This document shows, one piece after another, positions 31,733-42,914 of a stretch of 64,000 nucleotides of DNA. This DNA comes from an uncultured cyanobacterium. GTDB taxonomy: Bacteria > Cyanobacteriota > Cyanobacteriia > PCC-9006 > JAAUQQ01. The position numbers and the translations under genes were made by a program. The notes under the pieces are model-generated. The model made no database searches. It saw only the letters and a program-made list of their open reading frames with translations, and was not told the origin of the DNA. The DNA lies in NCBI GenBank assembly GCA_963718615.1, contig OY970368.1, positions 4,608,001 through 4,672,000 on the forward strand. Direction: 5' to 3'. Position 1 is the stretch's first letter. Every line of letters starts with the position of its first letter.

Positions 31733-34387
31733 TTACCCCCGCGACTTTGCTGTAAAGACCAATTTGCCTTCTTTCTCATCCACCACTATACAATCTCCTT
31801 CTACAAAGGCGTTTTCTAGGAGCTTCGTGGCGATCGGGTTTTCCAATTCTCGTTGAATGGCCCGCTTCAAAGGCCGTGCCCCATAGACCGGATCGTAGCC
31901 CGCTTCGGCGATGTGCATTTCGGCGGCGGGGGTCATCTCTAGGGTCATGTTTTGGGCGGCGAGGAGCTTATGGAGGCGCTGGATTTGGATGGAGGCGATC
32001 GCCCGCAACTGATCCTTGGACAACGCTTGGAACGTGATCGTTTCGTCAATGCGGTTGAGCAACTCCGGACGAAAATGTTTGCGCAAGGCTTTGTTGACTC
32101 GGTTATAGGCTTCCGCTGCTTTCTCGGGCTCTGCCCCGATCGCCTCCAAAATAAAGCTGCTGCCAATGTTGCTCGTCATCACAATCACCGTATTGCGAAA
32201 ATCGATCAGCCGCCCCTGGGAATCGGTAATCCGACCATCATCCAACACTTGTAGTAGCAAGTTAAAGACATCGGGATGGGCTTTTTCGACTTCATCGAGG
32301 AGCAAAACCGAATAGGGTTTGCGGCGAATGGCTTCCGAAAGTTGACCTCCCTCTTCATACCCCACATAGCCCGGAGGCGCACCGATGAGGCGAGAGACCG
32401 CATGTTTCTCCATATATTCGGACATGTCGAGCCGGACCAAGGAATCTTCCGTATCGAAAAGGCATTGGGCCAAGGCACGGGCCAACTCGGTTTTACCCAC
32501 CCCCGTGGGACCCAGAAAGAGGAACGAACCTAGGGGGCGAGCCGGATCGTTCATGCCTGCGCGGGCACGGCGAATTGCTGCCGCCACTGCAACCACGGCT
32601 TCATCCTGGCCAATCACCCGCTGGTGGAGATAGGACTCCATTTGCAGCAGCTTTTGTCGTTCCGTGGCCATCAGCCGATTAACAGGAATACCGGTCCAAC
32701 GGGCCACAATTTCAGCGATATCGTCATTAGTGACTTGCTCCCGCAACAGCGTCATACCCTGGCGCTGCATCTCCAGCAGTTCTGCCTCCTTTGCTTCTCG
32801 GCTTTGTTGCAGACTGGCTAGGCGTTCGTACTTGAGTGCTGAGGCGGTTTGCAGATCTCCCTCCCGCTCGGCTTGGTCGATTTGGACCCGCACCTGTTCT
32901 TCCTGTTCCTGGAAGGCCCCCACGGCATCCAGAAGATCCTTCTCGCTGCGCCATTGGGCGGTGAGGACCGCTTGTTTTTCGGTCAACTCTGCGATTTCGG
33001 CATTAATCGGGCCAAGCCGGTCTGCTGGACGGAAGCCAGTTGTATCGGCAAATCTTGTTTGGGCTTCGCCTTCTAGCGACAGCTTTTCCATTTCGAGCTG
33101 CATCAGTCGCCGGTCGATGACTTCTAGCTCCGTGGGTTTGGAGGTGATTTCCATTTTGAGCTGGGCAGCGGCTTCATCCACGAGGTCAATGGCTTTGTCC
33201 GGGAGGAAGCGATCGCTAATATACCGATTCGACAACACCGCCGCCGCCACCAGCGCCGAGTCCGTAATCTTAACCCCATGGTGAACTTCGTAACGCTCCT
33301 TCAGCCCTCGCAAAATCGAAACCGTATCTTCAACGGAGGGTTGGCTAATCAACACCTGCTGAAAGCGTCGTTCCAATGCCGGATCCTTTTCTATATTTTT
33401 GCGATATTCATCCAGCGTCGAGGCTCCAATACAGCGCAGCTCGCCCCGCGCCAGCATCGGTTTGAGCAAATTACCTGCATCCATCGAGCCCTGCTGGCCC
33501 TGCCCTGCCCCGACGACGGTGTGGAGCTCGTCGATAAAGAGAATAATCTGACCATCGGAATGGGTGACCTCATGGAGGACCGATCGCAACCGATCTTCAA
33601 ATTCCCCCCGATACTTGGCTCCGGCAATCAATGAGCCCATATCCAGACTGATCAGACGACGCTGTTTGAGGGATTCTGGTACATCGCCATTGACGATGCG
33701 TTGGGCGAGCCCTTCGGCGATCGCTGTCTTCCCCACCCCTGGTTCCCCGATGACCACGGGGTTGTTCTTCGTCCGCCGCGACAGCACCTGAATGACCCGC
33801 CGAATCTCATCATCTCGGCCAATCACCGGATCCAGTTTCCCAGATGCCGCCGCCTCGGTCAGATCCCGCCCATATTTTTCTAAGTTTTCATAGCGGGATG
33901 CTTCTTCCTTCGCCTCCTGCTGGACCTCCGCTTCGACCTTGACCTGAGCCCGGCGTTCTTGAATGGCCGTCGAGAGGGTTTTGGCGTCTAGGGTGTAGGG
34001 ATCACAAAGACGACGTCCGACGCGATCGTCCTCCACAAACCCCATGAGCACATGGTCAATATCAATACAGGCATCTTGCCAAATCTGCCGCGCTTGCTCT
34101 GCCTTATCCAGCAGCTCATCGAGACTGCGCCCCAGATAAAGCTGACCATTGGTCGCGACGCGGGGTTGGCGACGGGCAAATTCCTCCAGCCGCTGATAGA
34201 GATCCGCCGAGTCCACGGAGATGCTTTCCAGGAGCTGGGAGGCATAGCCATCCTCATGTTCTAGCAGGGTCAGCATGACATGTTCGACCTCTAGCTGCTG
34301 CTGCCGAAATTGCCGCGCCACTTCCTGAGAGGAGACGATGGCGTTCCAGACGGCTTCGGTGAACTGGTTGGGGTCGGTAGGCTGCAT
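31733..34387 (-). CDS. clpB: ATP-dependent chaperone ClpB
   Basis: Two NBDs ([16 protein letters not shown]) and coiled-coil M domain; MQPTDP start. Confidence 0.97.
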   Translation of the reverse strand: MQPTDPNQFTEAVWNAIVSSQEVARQFRQQQLEVEHVMLTLLEHEDGYASQLLESISVDSADLYQRLEEFARRQPRVATNGQLYLGRSLDELLDKAEQARQIWQDACIDIDHVLMGFVEDDRVGRRLCDPYTLDAKTLSTAIQERRAQVKVEAEVQQEAKEEASRYENLEKYGRDLTEAAASGKLDPVIGRDDEIRRVIQVLSRRTKNNPVVIGEPGVGKTAIAEGLAQRIVNGDVPESLKQRRLISLDMGSLIAGAKYRGEFEDRLRSVLHEVTHSDGQIILFIDELHTVVGAGQGQQGSMDAGNLLKPMLARGELRCIGASTLDEYRKNIEKDPALERRFQQVLISQPSVEDTVSILRGLKERYEVHHGVKITDSALVAAAVLSNRYISDRFLPDKAIDLVDEAAAQLKMEITSKPTELEVIDRRLMQLEMEKLSLEGEAQTRFADTTGFRPADRLGPINAEIAELTEKQAVLTAQWRSEKDLLDAVGAFQEQEEQVRVQIDQAEREGDLQTASALKYERLASLQQSREAKEAELLEMQRQGMTLLREQVTNDDIAEIVARWTGIPVNRLMATERQKLLQMESYLHQRVIGQDEAVVAVAAAIRRARAGMNDPARPLGSFLFLGPTGVGKTELARALAQCLFDTEDSLVRLDMSEYMEKHAVSRLIGAPPGYVGYEEGGQLSEAIRRKPYSVLLLDEVEKAHPDVFNLLLQVLDDGRITDSQGRLIDFRNTVIVMTSNIGSSFILEAIGAEPEKAAEAYNRVNKALRKHFRPELLNRIDETITFQALSKDQLRAIASIQIQRLHKLLAAQNMTLEMTPAAEMHIAEAGYDPVYGARPLKRAIQRELENPIATKLLENAFVEGDCIVVDEKEGKLVFTAKSRG

Positions 34388-34513
34388 GGGTGGGGTCAGT
34401 CGGATGAGGGGGAGTATGGACGTGAGTATGGGTTTATAGCTTACTATCTTGTGCTTGCCAACGTGGTGTGGGGAATGCACCAGGCTGGGGTGCGGTCTTG
34501 GGTTTTGACGGTC

Positions 34514-35024
34514 CTAGGGGGATTCGCTAGAATTTGGACGCAATACTCTAGTGGGTGTCGGGGTCAGAGAGTTTGAGGTTGAGGGCAGTGCTGTAGTCGA
34601 TGGCGAGGTCGAAGCGAGCGCGATCGTAAATGTCGTTGAGCAGTTGCTGGAGCACGATCGCAGGTTCAGCTTCGTTGGTTCGATGATGGTGATGACTTCG
34701 TTGTTTTTGGTGGCTCGGATCGTCAGAAAGCGTTCTTTCACCTGCCGTGGCATCGGGACTTCGACGGCCAACGGTTTGGACAGGGTGGCGGTGAGGGTGG
34801 GGGTTTCCGCGATGTCTTGGCCTTGGACTGTGGCGACATCGGCAACGCCAATGCTTTCGGCGGATTCATCGGTGGTGTATCCGTTCTTCAATGGAGGCGC
34901 GGTAGCGGGGCGCGATCTGCGGAGTGAGGGCGTCGGCAATGGCGATGATCAGCCGATTATGGACCTGGGGCCAGAGGTCTGAGCGTTCTAGGTAGGGGTC
35001 CATTCCGGGGAAGGGGCTGGGCAT
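34514..35024 (-). pseudogene. DUF4058 family pseudogene (frameshift/deletions)
   Basis: Manual translation MPSPFPGMDPYLE..LWPQVHNRLI; continues in another frame (ERFLTIR...VITIIE). Confidence 0.75.
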
Positions 35025-35093
35025 GGCATTACCTTTGTCCTAGCGTTTGTCGTGGATTGATCCTAGCGGATCTGCTGTTCAGAGGTCTGACAG

Positions 35094-36164
35094 TCAATCC
35101 CACTCTGCATACTGCGGCGGATTTGCCCCCACCCGCTGAGTCACCTTGGGATATTTGGCCCTTGCCTGAGGTTTGCCAATTTCCAGGGTTTCGATGTGGT
35201 GCCACCAGTCATCGCCAAAATCGAACCAGTAGCCCCAGGATTCACCGGGTTCTAGGTTAAGATCTGCGATCGCTGTCTTTTTCACCTCCCCAGCGGGCTC
35301 ATCCCTGCTGTGATCCATGGCAACGTTCAAAACATAGCGATCGGCATCGGGATCATTCGGCTTCATCCCTTTCACTTGGAACTCATACAGATGCTCTTCC
35401 TCTCGACCAAAGGCTTGAAACAGAGCGTTGTGCAGCTCGGCCAAGGTCTGATCACCCCGAATTTCGACGGTACGACTAATCTCAGGATTCTTTTTCATGA
35501 AGGCTTCCGTAACGGGACCACTGATAATTGACGCCTTGAGTGTGTAGAGAATCTTGGCAGCGGTGCTTTTGGAAGTTGCTTTTTGGGGAGTCGTGTTTTT
35601 CTGAATCGAAACGCCACTATCCAGCAATTGCAAAAACACATCGCTATCGTCTTTGTGCCCTGGAATATAGGGAATCATCCCTTTTCTGTAAGCCTCCACT
35701 TGAGCACCGATGGGGGCATCGCGGATATCCATGATGAAGCCATTGACCGACAACATCCAAGCCATGGGATTGTCATTCATGCGGCTGGGCACGGTCCAGT
35801 TGGGGTCCATCTGATGTATCTTCAACAGATCTCGAACCGTTTTGGATTTCCCCTGGCCGGTGCTGCTGCCCACGCCAAACCATTGGTAGAGTTCTGTGGC
35901 GCTGAGGTGGGGGTCAAAGCTGGAATCGAACAGGAAGTTGACCATGCCGATGGCGTGGCTGATGCCGCAGGCCCAGGTTTTGTCGTGGCCTTTGTCGAGG
36001 GGGGAGGGGCGTTTGCGACAGAGGGCGGCGGTGGCGGAGCGGATCAGTTGGGCGTATTCGTCGTTGAGATGGGCTGCGGCAAAGGCGTCGGTGATGGCGG
36101 TGATGCGATCGAACTTCTCCTGCATGGTCTTGGGCACTTGGTCAGACTTGGAGGAGGCAGCCAT
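35094..36164 (-). CDS. DUF6398-like + pRiA4b ORF-3-like protein
   Basis: LCRKRPSPL..G...WACGI...VNFLFD; HLYEF, YWFDFGDDWWH. Confidence 0.75.
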   Translation of the reverse strand: MAASSKSDQVPKTMQEKFDRITAITDAFAAAHLNDEYAQLIRSATAALCRKRPSPLDKGHDKTWACGISHAIGMVNFLFDSSFDPHLSATELYQWFGVGSSTGQGKSKTVRDLLKIHQMDPNWTVPSRMNDNPMAWMLSVNGFIMDIRDAPIGAQVEAYRKGMIPYIPGHKDDSDVFLQLLDSGVSIQKNTTPQKATSKSTAAKILYTLKASIISGPVTEAFMKKNPEISRTVEIRGDQTLAELHNALFQAFGREEEHLYEFQVKGMKPNDPDADRYVLNVAMDHSRDEPAGEVKKTAIADLNLEPGESWGYWFDFGDDWWHHIETLEIGKPQARAKYPKVTQRVGANPPQYAEWD

Positions 36165-36289
36165 GGGAGTACGTGGGAATTAGCAATGACGACGTTTCTT
36201 ATTTTGACATAGCCCGCTTGGGTCACCGGTGACAAGCTCTAAGCCTTAATCGCTACAATCGAAAATAGGTAATTTTTGAGACTCACACC

Positions 36290-36691
36290 ATGGCAGATCC
36301 GATGACGGCGGCGGCGATCGCGGGCTTAGCTCTCTCCAAGTTTGCGGAGAGCGGGGCGAGCGAGGCGGCGAAGAAGTTGATTGAGGGTTTGTGGGGGGCG
36401 ATTACAACCCGATTTAAAGGCCGCAAGAAGGCGGAGGAGGCGATCGCCCAACTGGAAGCCAGCCAGGGCAAAGCTCCGGAGGCGGAGGCCAATTTGGTTC
36501 GGGTGTTGGATGCGGAGATGTTTGAGGATGAGGCGTTTGCGGGGCAGGTGCAGCAGTTAGCGCAGCAGATTATCCAGATTCAAAATCAGAATCAAACGCA
36601 GTCTAGCAATACCTTTACGTCGAATGACAATTCGCAGATACGGGCGGTGGGGCAGGTTTATGGGACGGCGAATTTGGGGGATCAGAAATAG
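36290..36691 (+). CDS. Small helical (Bell-like) effector with C-terminal putative amyloid signalling motif
   Basis: Amphipathic helical N-terminus, Q/N linker, C-terminal motif matching the NLR N-terminus at 37554. Confidence 0.7.
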   Translation: MADPMTAAAIAGLALSKFAESGASEAAKKLIEGLWGAITTRFKGRKKAEEAIAQLEASQGKAPEAEANLVRVLDAEMFEDEAFAGQVQQLAQQIIQIQNQNQTQSSNTFTSNDNSQIRAVGQVYGTANLGDQK

Positions 36692-36894
36692 CGGGCTTTG
36701 GGCTTGGCAATTTTGAGAATGGCGATCGCCTGCTCTCGTTTCACGCTCGGAAAATGGTCCAGAAACTCGCTCAGCGGGTCCCCGGCTGCGAGGTAATCGA
36801 GCAGGTTTTTCACCGGCACGCGAGTGCCAACAAAGACAGGAGTTCCGCTTAAAATGCCAGGGTCGCTGTGAATGACTGAAGAAAGAGTAATCAT
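36682..36894 (-). CDS. DUF433 antitoxin-like protein
   Basis: HSDPGILSGTPVFVGTRVPV. Confidence 0.8.
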   Translation of the reverse strand: MITLSSVIHSDPGILSGTPVFVGTRVPVKNLLDYLAAGDPLSEFLDHFPSVKREQAIAILKIAKPKARYF

Positions 36895-37000
36895 GGCCGC
36901 TGGGCTCATTACAAGGATTTGGGTGTCGAAGCTCGATCGTAGCTGATTTTATGGGGATGGGTTGATGGCTGGGAAACCGACCAATCAGTTTGAATCCTAC
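36861..37000 (+). repeat. Diverged duplication of 37437..37590 (DUF433 start + NLR start)
   Basis: gtgaatgactgaagaaag and aaaccga.caatcagtttgaatccta occur in both copies. Confidence 0.75.
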
Positions 37001-37074
37001 GGCCGCTGTTGTGAACGGTCCCAAGCCGTCGGTTATCCTAGATATGAGCCCGTACCATCATTGCTGCTCAAGAT

Positions 37075-37365
37075 ATGACTCCTCAACTCGCAACGGCGAT
37101 CGCAGCCACTCAACCCCTTTCCCTCCTGGAATTGACGCAGCTCATCAGTATCCTCGCCAGCAACCTGCACAAAATCCAGGCGCTGGAGGCAGAGAGTGTC
37201 GCTTTTTGGAGCAATCCATCGTTGGCAGATCTGAGCCAAGCCCAATCCGCACCTCTTTTTCTTGGTCTCCAGACCGTTGCGGGTGATCTTTGGCCGGAGG
37301 AAGAATCCATTGATAACTTCCTCAGTTCTCTGCAAGAACAACGCCAATCGGACGTGGCCGCATGA
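37075..37365 (+). CDS. Hypothetical antitoxin-like protein
   Basis: DLWPEEESIDNFL C-terminus; following gene apparently deleted. Confidence 0.55.
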   Translation: MTPQLATAIAATQPLSLLELTQLISILASNLHKIQALEAESVAFWSNPSLADLSQAQSAPLFLGLQTVAGDLWPEEESIDNFLSSLQEQRQSDVAA

Positions 37366-37553
37366 CCAAGATGACGATGGAATCAGTAATTTAAGGATTC
37401 TGACCAGGGCCTAGCCAACCGTGCGGATTATCCACAGGTCGCGGTGAATGACTGAAGAAAGATTAATCATTGCCGTTAGTCAAATCGCGAGGATTTGGCG
37501 CAGGGGTTTGGGTGTTACAGGTTGGTCGTAGCTGATTTTGTGGGGTAGGGTGA

Positions 37554-38198
37554 GTGGCTGAGAAACCGAACAATCAGTTTGAATCCTATGACCAGTCGCA
37601 GATGCGGGCGGTGGGGGAGGTGCATGGCGATGCTTATTTGGGGGATCAGCACCATCACCATGGCGGCCCAGAAATCACCGTTTCTGGGGTGGGGGACTCG
37701 CCGCCCAATTTCCAGGACTATTGGGTGGAGCGGCGGGTTTATCAAGCTGCTCTGATCGATCGCCTCGACCGTCACCCGGCCACCGAAATCGTCGCAGAGG
37801 GTGGCTTTGGCAAGTCGTCTTTGGCGGCTTGGGCACATCAGCATTTGCAGAATTCGTTTCAAAAACGCATTTGGGTGAGACTGCAGCAGGACAAGCAGCA
37901 GGACAAGAGCTTTGACCGGGTGGCGCGCTGGATTTTGCAGGAAATTGGCTTCCCAAACAAAGACCCTCGGGCGGATGGGGAAACGCTGCTGCGGGAGTTG
38001 TGCTATCGGCTGAATGACCCGAATCGACCGGTGAAGGCGCTGGTGGCGTTGGCGCTGGTGGAGCAGGTGGCGGAGACGCAGGATTGGGAATGGTTTGAGC
38101 GGTTTCTGGAGGCGTGGGCGCGGCAGGGGAAGCTAAGTCGGGTGTTGGTGACAACGCGGCTGTCGGTGTTGGCGGAGGAGCCGATCCTTCTGTTTTGA
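37554..38198 (+). pseudogene. N-terminal part of NB-ARC/STAND NLR-like protein
   Basis: P-loop AEGGFGKSSLA, sensor SRVLVTTR; truncated at the insertion. Confidence 0.8.
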
Positions 38199-38231
38199 TT
38201 GTCTAGGACTGTCGGGCAGAAATCAGTAGAA

Positions 38232-38399
38232 ATAAGGAAGCTGCAACGCACTGAAGGTGAGCTTCTATGTGGAGACAGAAGCTTGTTCTTGAACTGCGAG
38301 ATGGGTCAAGACGGCGCTCACTTCGGTCACACCCATGTCCTTGGTATGGCGTTTGTTGTGAAACAGGAGGTAGCGCCGAATCCACTGAACGTAAGTTCG
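38232..38399 (-). pseudogene. intI: Integron integrase N-terminal (SAM-like) fragment
   Basis: Manual translation TYVQWIRRYLLFHNKRHTKDMGVTEVSAVLTHLAVQEQASVST*. Confidence 0.75.
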
Positions 38400-38825
38400 T
38401 AAGTTTGTTATGTAGACACCCGGATTCGATGGTAAAGATTGTGTGATTTTCTACGCCGACTTAAATGAGGTGATTATACTGAGGTACTACGCAATAATAC
38501 TCAAATCGAGGCGTTATCCAGCAACTGTGCCGAGATAACGCTTTGAGAGGGGTAGTTATCATGAAGTCTTGCCTAGTAATATCCAACCAGGGGTGTTACC
38601 CAGGGTGATTGCATTGATAAGAGGCTGGAACTAGGGGTTATAAATCGCTCGTTATACGGTGCGAGTTCTGAACCTTTCTCGACCAGGTTAGCTGAACGAG
38701 TAGGTGGGCACAATCAATGTGAACAGAGATTCCCGAACCACAAAGGTTTCAGGCTTTCTTGTTTAATACTTATTTGCGCCGACCGACCTACCATCTTCAC
38801 GGAAGCCCCGTAAGGATAGACAATA

Positions 38826-39731
38826 ATGTCAACTGGGAAGCCCTTAGAGATCGATTACTCTCAACCAGATTCAACTTCAACATTTGCCCCACGCCCACGC
38901 ATTCATTCCAGTCAGCAAGCAGGATGGAAAAATATTCATCTGGCACACTATCAAATGCCTGCAATGGAAATCCCTGAAACGATGAGTGTTCAGCACATCA
39001 TCGCCCTGCCGTTTGTTAAATGTCAAACAGTGCAAGAATTAGTTTTTGATGGGAAATGTTATCAAACACAGCATGATCAAAAGGATATGGGATGTATTGC
39101 TATAATTCCTGCTGATGCACCGTTTAGCGCTAAGTGGAATCGAGAGTCCGGCGTGACTCATTGCTATCTTGATCCAACATTTGTCGCCCATGCTGCCTAT
39201 GAGTCGATCAACTTAGAACAAGTTGAGCTGAATTTGGTGATTCAAAAAACTGATCTGCTCGTTTGCCAAATTGTCTTAGCTCTACAACAGGTATTGGAAA
39301 CCGATGCAACGAACAGTTGCTTTTATGCAGAGTCAATGGCTACGGCTCTAGCAGCCCATTGTTTAAGAACATATTCAACTCGCAAGCTCGTTCTACAGAA
39401 GTACGAGGATGGCTTACCGAAGTACAAACTGAAGCAAGCTCTTGAATACATGAACGTTCATCTGAGTGAGAATGTATCATTAGCATCTGTTTCTGAAGAA
39501 GTACAGATCAGCCAATTCCATTTCTGTCGATTGTTTAAGCAGTCAACTGGAATGACTCCCCACGCGTATTTGATTCAGCAACGAGTTGAGCGAGCAAAAC
39601 AACTTCTCAAAAGGAAAGAGGGCAGCATGCTCGATATTGCTATTGAGTGTGGCTTTGCTAATCCGAGCCACTTTGCCAAGCATTTTCGGAAACATACAGG
39701 CATTTCGCCGAAGCAGTTTCGGATGTTGTAG
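38826..39731 (+). CDS. AraC-family transcriptional regulator
   Basis: SQFHFCRLFKQSTG...IAIECGFANPSHFAKHFRK. Confidence 0.92.
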   Translation: MSTGKPLEIDYSQPDSTSTFAPRPRIHSSQQAGWKNIHLAHYQMPAMEIPETMSVQHIIALPFVKCQTVQELVFDGKCYQTQHDQKDMGCIAIIPADAPFSAKWNRESGVTHCYLDPTFVAHAAYESINLEQVELNLVIQKTDLLVCQIVLALQQVLETDATNSCFYAESMATALAAHCLRTYSTRKLVLQKYEDGLPKYKLKQALEYMNVHLSENVSLASVSEEVQISQFHFCRLFKQSTGMTPHAYLIQQRVERAKQLLKRKEGSMLDIAIECGFANPSHFAKHFRKHTGISPKQFRML

Positions 39732-39833
39732 CAAGAATGTGTCGCGATCGCAAGAATATATTCGCCTTAAGAAGTAAAGCATATTAAAGTTATCTAAGTT
39801 ACGTAATAACACTTGTGAACAACTTGTAAGGAG

Positions 39834-40160
39834 ATGTACTTCATGTCTATTAGTAATAGTGTTGTTGATGGAATGATGCCAGAGTTTGATCCTACAAATC
39901 CAGATGCCGACTACGGTGATGTAGTTCGCGCTGGTGGTGACGCAATTCTGAACGCTGTAACAGGTGGTGCTGCAGGGAATGCCTTTTCACAAGGTGCTCA
40001 AGGAATCGAGGATTTGAATGAGTTCACCGATAATGCTTTTACGGCTGAAAGTATTGTAGCGATGACCGAGGATGTTGCACCCGTAGTTGAACAGTTTAGT
40101 GAACAGGTATCAGAAGGTGCAAGCGATTTGGTGGAAAACGTGTTTGGTGGACTTTTTTGA
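39834..40160 (+). CDS. Acidic hypothetical protein
   Basis: AGGAG RBS; downstream of AraC gene. Confidence 0.6.
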   Translation: MYFMSISNSVVDGMMPEFDPTNPDADYGDVVRAGGDAILNAVTGGAAGNAFSQGAQGIEDLNEFTDNAFTAESIVAMTEDVAPVVEQFSEQVSEGASDLVENVFGGLF

Positions 40161-40334
40161 TTCTAAAAAGGGAAAAAGAGCAGCTAGTACTCTGGGGCTG
40201 AAATATCCAGACTATCTCTTCTCGTGCAGACCATACTGAGTCAGAAGCCAGAGAAAGAACTGGTCAAATGACTTCCGCCACCGAGTACTAGTCGCTTAGA
40301 CACTCATCCTATATTAAATTCTTAGGTTATTAAA

Positions 40335-41414
40335 ATGCTTGAGAAATATACTCCTATGGCACAGGATTGCTTTTCAACGCCAGCATGTAACGAGGAAAAT
40401 GCTTCACTGATGACTGATAGCTCTGAGGCAGACGGACAACTGGTTGGCAATACTCCTGTAAATTCACAACCAATTACTTCTCAAGAAGGTTCAACTCAGC
40501 CTGATCATCCTTTCCAGGCTAGGAAAGCACTTCAAGGGTTTAGCGGAAATTTGGTAAAAGGAGTTTGGCAGCTTAGTGGTGACGTTGCTGGGAAAACAAC
40601 AGAAATTGGTAGTAAAGTTGCTCAATCTGCTACTAAATTAGGGCAAGAAGCAGTTCAATCCGTGACAGAACTTAGGCGAGAAGCAATTCAATCTGTGACA
40701 GGATTTACTCAAGAAGTCGCTGAATCCACAGCCAAACTAGGGCAAGAAGCAACTCAATCAGCACTTTCTCAAGAGGCAGTCCAAGATGCTCTGCTACTGG
40801 TTGGAGGAAATACTCACGCTTCACAAGTTGCGAAGGAAGCTTCAGTTGAGGCGTATGTAAAGCAAGTCAATTTGAGCAGAGTCCAAAAGTTTGTTGTTGC
40901 TCTGAAAGAGAAGATTTCGACAAAAAATCTGGAAGAACTGTCCCAACAAATTGTGGTTCAGCAAACTCTCCGAATTACCGGAAATTCTGCCGCACTGAGT
41001 CTCATCCCAGGAAAATTAGTCGAGGCAATGGGCTTTGATCAGGCTTCGCTCACTCTGGCACAAGCTGAAATCATTTACCAAATTGCTGATGTATATGGGC
41101 TGGAGTTAAAGACTCCATCACGCAGAGAGGAAGCCTTCGCAATTTTTGATCGGACTTTCAGAATGGCTAGACAAATGAAGATGTCCATGAATCTGGGAGT
41201 TGTTCCAACGCTTCCGATCGTTGGTGGGCTTTTAAGTGCAATCCCAATTTTGGGAGGTGCTTTAAATGTAGGGAGTGATGCGTTTTTAATCTCTCTAACT
41301 GGAGATACAGCCTGCTATCTTTACAAAACAATTGCAGAGGAGAAGGTGGCTGGGGAAACTCTCAAGAGTTTTAAGCAGGAAACGCAAACACGGTATAAGC
41401 AACGTTTGTGGTAG
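40335..41414 (+). CDS. Hypothetical protein (EcsC/DUF697-like C-terminus)
   Basis: 11-aa helical repeats, then QAEIIYQIADVYG and a Gly-rich hydrophobic segment. Confidence 0.55.
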   Translation: MLEKYTPMAQDCFSTPACNEENASLMTDSSEADGQLVGNTPVNSQPITSQEGSTQPDHPFQARKALQGFSGNLVKGVWQLSGDVAGKTTEIGSKVAQSATKLGQEAVQSVTELRREAIQSVTGFTQEVAESTAKLGQEATQSALSQEAVQDALLLVGGNTHASQVAKEASVEAYVKQVNLSRVQKFVVALKEKISTKNLEELSQQIVVQQTLRITGNSAALSLIPGKLVEAMGFDQASLTLAQAEIIYQIADVYGLELKTPSRREEAFAIFDRTFRMARQMKMSMNLGVVPTLPIVGGLLSAIPILGGALNVGSDAFLISLTGDTACYLYKTIAEEKVAGETLKSFKQETQTRYKQRLW

Positions 41415-41441
41415 TAAACCTAATTTTTTTGTTCAGGAGCT

Positions 41442-41831
41442 ATGGATATGGACTGGTTAGAAAGTTTGTTTGAGTGGCTTAGCGATGTCTTGGATGCTAA
41501 TGCTGATGGCGCAGTCACCTTTAATGATATTACAGATGGAATCAGCGATGTAGTAGAAACAGTGACTGACTTTGCCGATCAAGATAATTCTGGGGTAATC
41601 AATTTTAATGATGCATCCAGTTTGGTTCTTAATTTCATCGATAAAAACGGATCTAGACAAATTGATTCAGAGGACTTTCAGCAGTTATTATTTGGTGTTT
41701 TTGACAAAAATGGTGATGGTCAGTTTACTTCAATTGATGTAACACTACGAAAACTTGCCGCTGAGGTAGGAGAGAATTTTGGACCAGCAGCTAGATTGGC
41801 TTTTCTCAACACTGCGAAAAATTTACTTTAA
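41442..41831 (+). CDS. EF-hand calcium-binding protein
   Basis: Four loops DANADGAVTFND, DQDNSGVINFND, DKNGSRQIDSED, DKNGDGQFTSID. Confidence 0.85.
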   Translation: MDMDWLESLFEWLSDVLDANADGAVTFNDITDGISDVVETVTDFADQDNSGVINFNDASSLVLNFIDKNGSRQIDSEDFQQLLFGVFDKNGDGQFTSIDVTLRKLAAEVGENFGPAARLAFLNTAKNLL

Positions 41832-41904
41832 CTTAACCTGAGCAAGTTAGATTTTGCTCGTTGAAAAGTAAATTGCAAATAAAGTGGGATGTTTCGGAAG
41901 CACG

Positions 41905-41992
41905 ATCTAGCAACGTCCATTCACACCGATCGTCGAAAAATGATCGGTTTAATGCAGAGTCTATCTGCAGCGGGTGATGGGCACCGTTAGAC
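41905..41992 (+). other. attC-like recombination site
   Basis: ATCTAGC...GTCCATTCACACCG / CGGGTGATGGGC...GTTAGAC imperfect stem with extrahelical bases. Confidence 0.55.
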
Positions 41993-42064
41993 CACTGAGT
42001 TACCTGTTGGGGTGTAGCTAGAACGTTATTGCAAGTTGTAACTTCAGTCTTCAAATAGGAGTGA

Positions 42065-42814
42065 ATGCTTATGCTACCTCTCGTAGTGAATTTGAATTTG
42101 AGCGGCAGTGTAGGACAGGGTGGAAGAAACCATTCTCAAGATGTTCTCACTGTCAAGAATCGATTGGCTGATTTGGGTTATCCAGTTACCAGAGATGCGA
42201 TCGTCAACTCTGAAACTATTGCCATCATTAAACTATTTCAATCGATTATTAAAGGAGAGACAATAATTGTTGGAGATGGCAGAATTGACCTAAATGGTCC
42301 TACACTCAAATTTTTACAGGCGACAAATGCGCCTCAATGGTTAGAAATGCCAAAGGGAGATGCTTCTGAAGGTTTTATAAATCATGACGAACGTCAGAGA
42401 GATAATCATGATTTCGGTACAAATTGGGTGGTTGAAACCATTCAGGCTGCGGCTCAAATCTATCTGACCACTCATCTTTCTAGCCATCCAACAGCAGCCT
42501 TGATTCAAACTAATGACTTAAGTAAGCCAAAGGGAGGTTCTACACCAGTCCATGCAACTCATCAGACTGGTTTGTCATGTGATCTTCGACTACCTCGTAA
42601 AGATGGCCAAGCAGGTGGCATTGTATTCAGTGATTCTCGGTTTGATCGGGATGCAATGAGAGCAATGCTTCAAGCTATACGCAATCAAAACAAGTACAAA
42701 ATCAAGCGTATTTTCTTCAACGATCTTACATTGATTGCTGAAGGTCTCTGTAAAAATGCACCGGGTCATGACAATCATGTGCATCTTGATATCATTCCCC
42801 CTCAACCACAGTAG
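42065..42814 (+). CDS. PG-binding + MepA-like (LAS) murein endopeptidase
   Basis: SVGQGGRN, DLSKPKGG..HATHQTGLSCD, HDNHVHL. Confidence 0.75.
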   Translation: MLMLPLVVNLNLSGSVGQGGRNHSQDVLTVKNRLADLGYPVTRDAIVNSETIAIIKLFQSIIKGETIIVGDGRIDLNGPTLKFLQATNAPQWLEMPKGDASEGFINHDERQRDNHDFGTNWVVETIQAAAQIYLTTHLSSHPTAALIQTNDLSKPKGGSTPVHATHQTGLSCDLRLPRKDGQAGGIVFSDSRFDRDAMRAMLQAIRNQNKYKIKRIFFNDLTLIAEGLCKNAPGHDNHVHLDIIPPQPQ

Positions 42815-42914
42815 ATGCTTATGGGAATAGGCTTTTAGAGATTTTAGCTGATTTACAACAGCATAGTGGCAACCTTTAATTTGTTCTGTAATTACTCTGA
42901 TAGGAGTCAAATCA

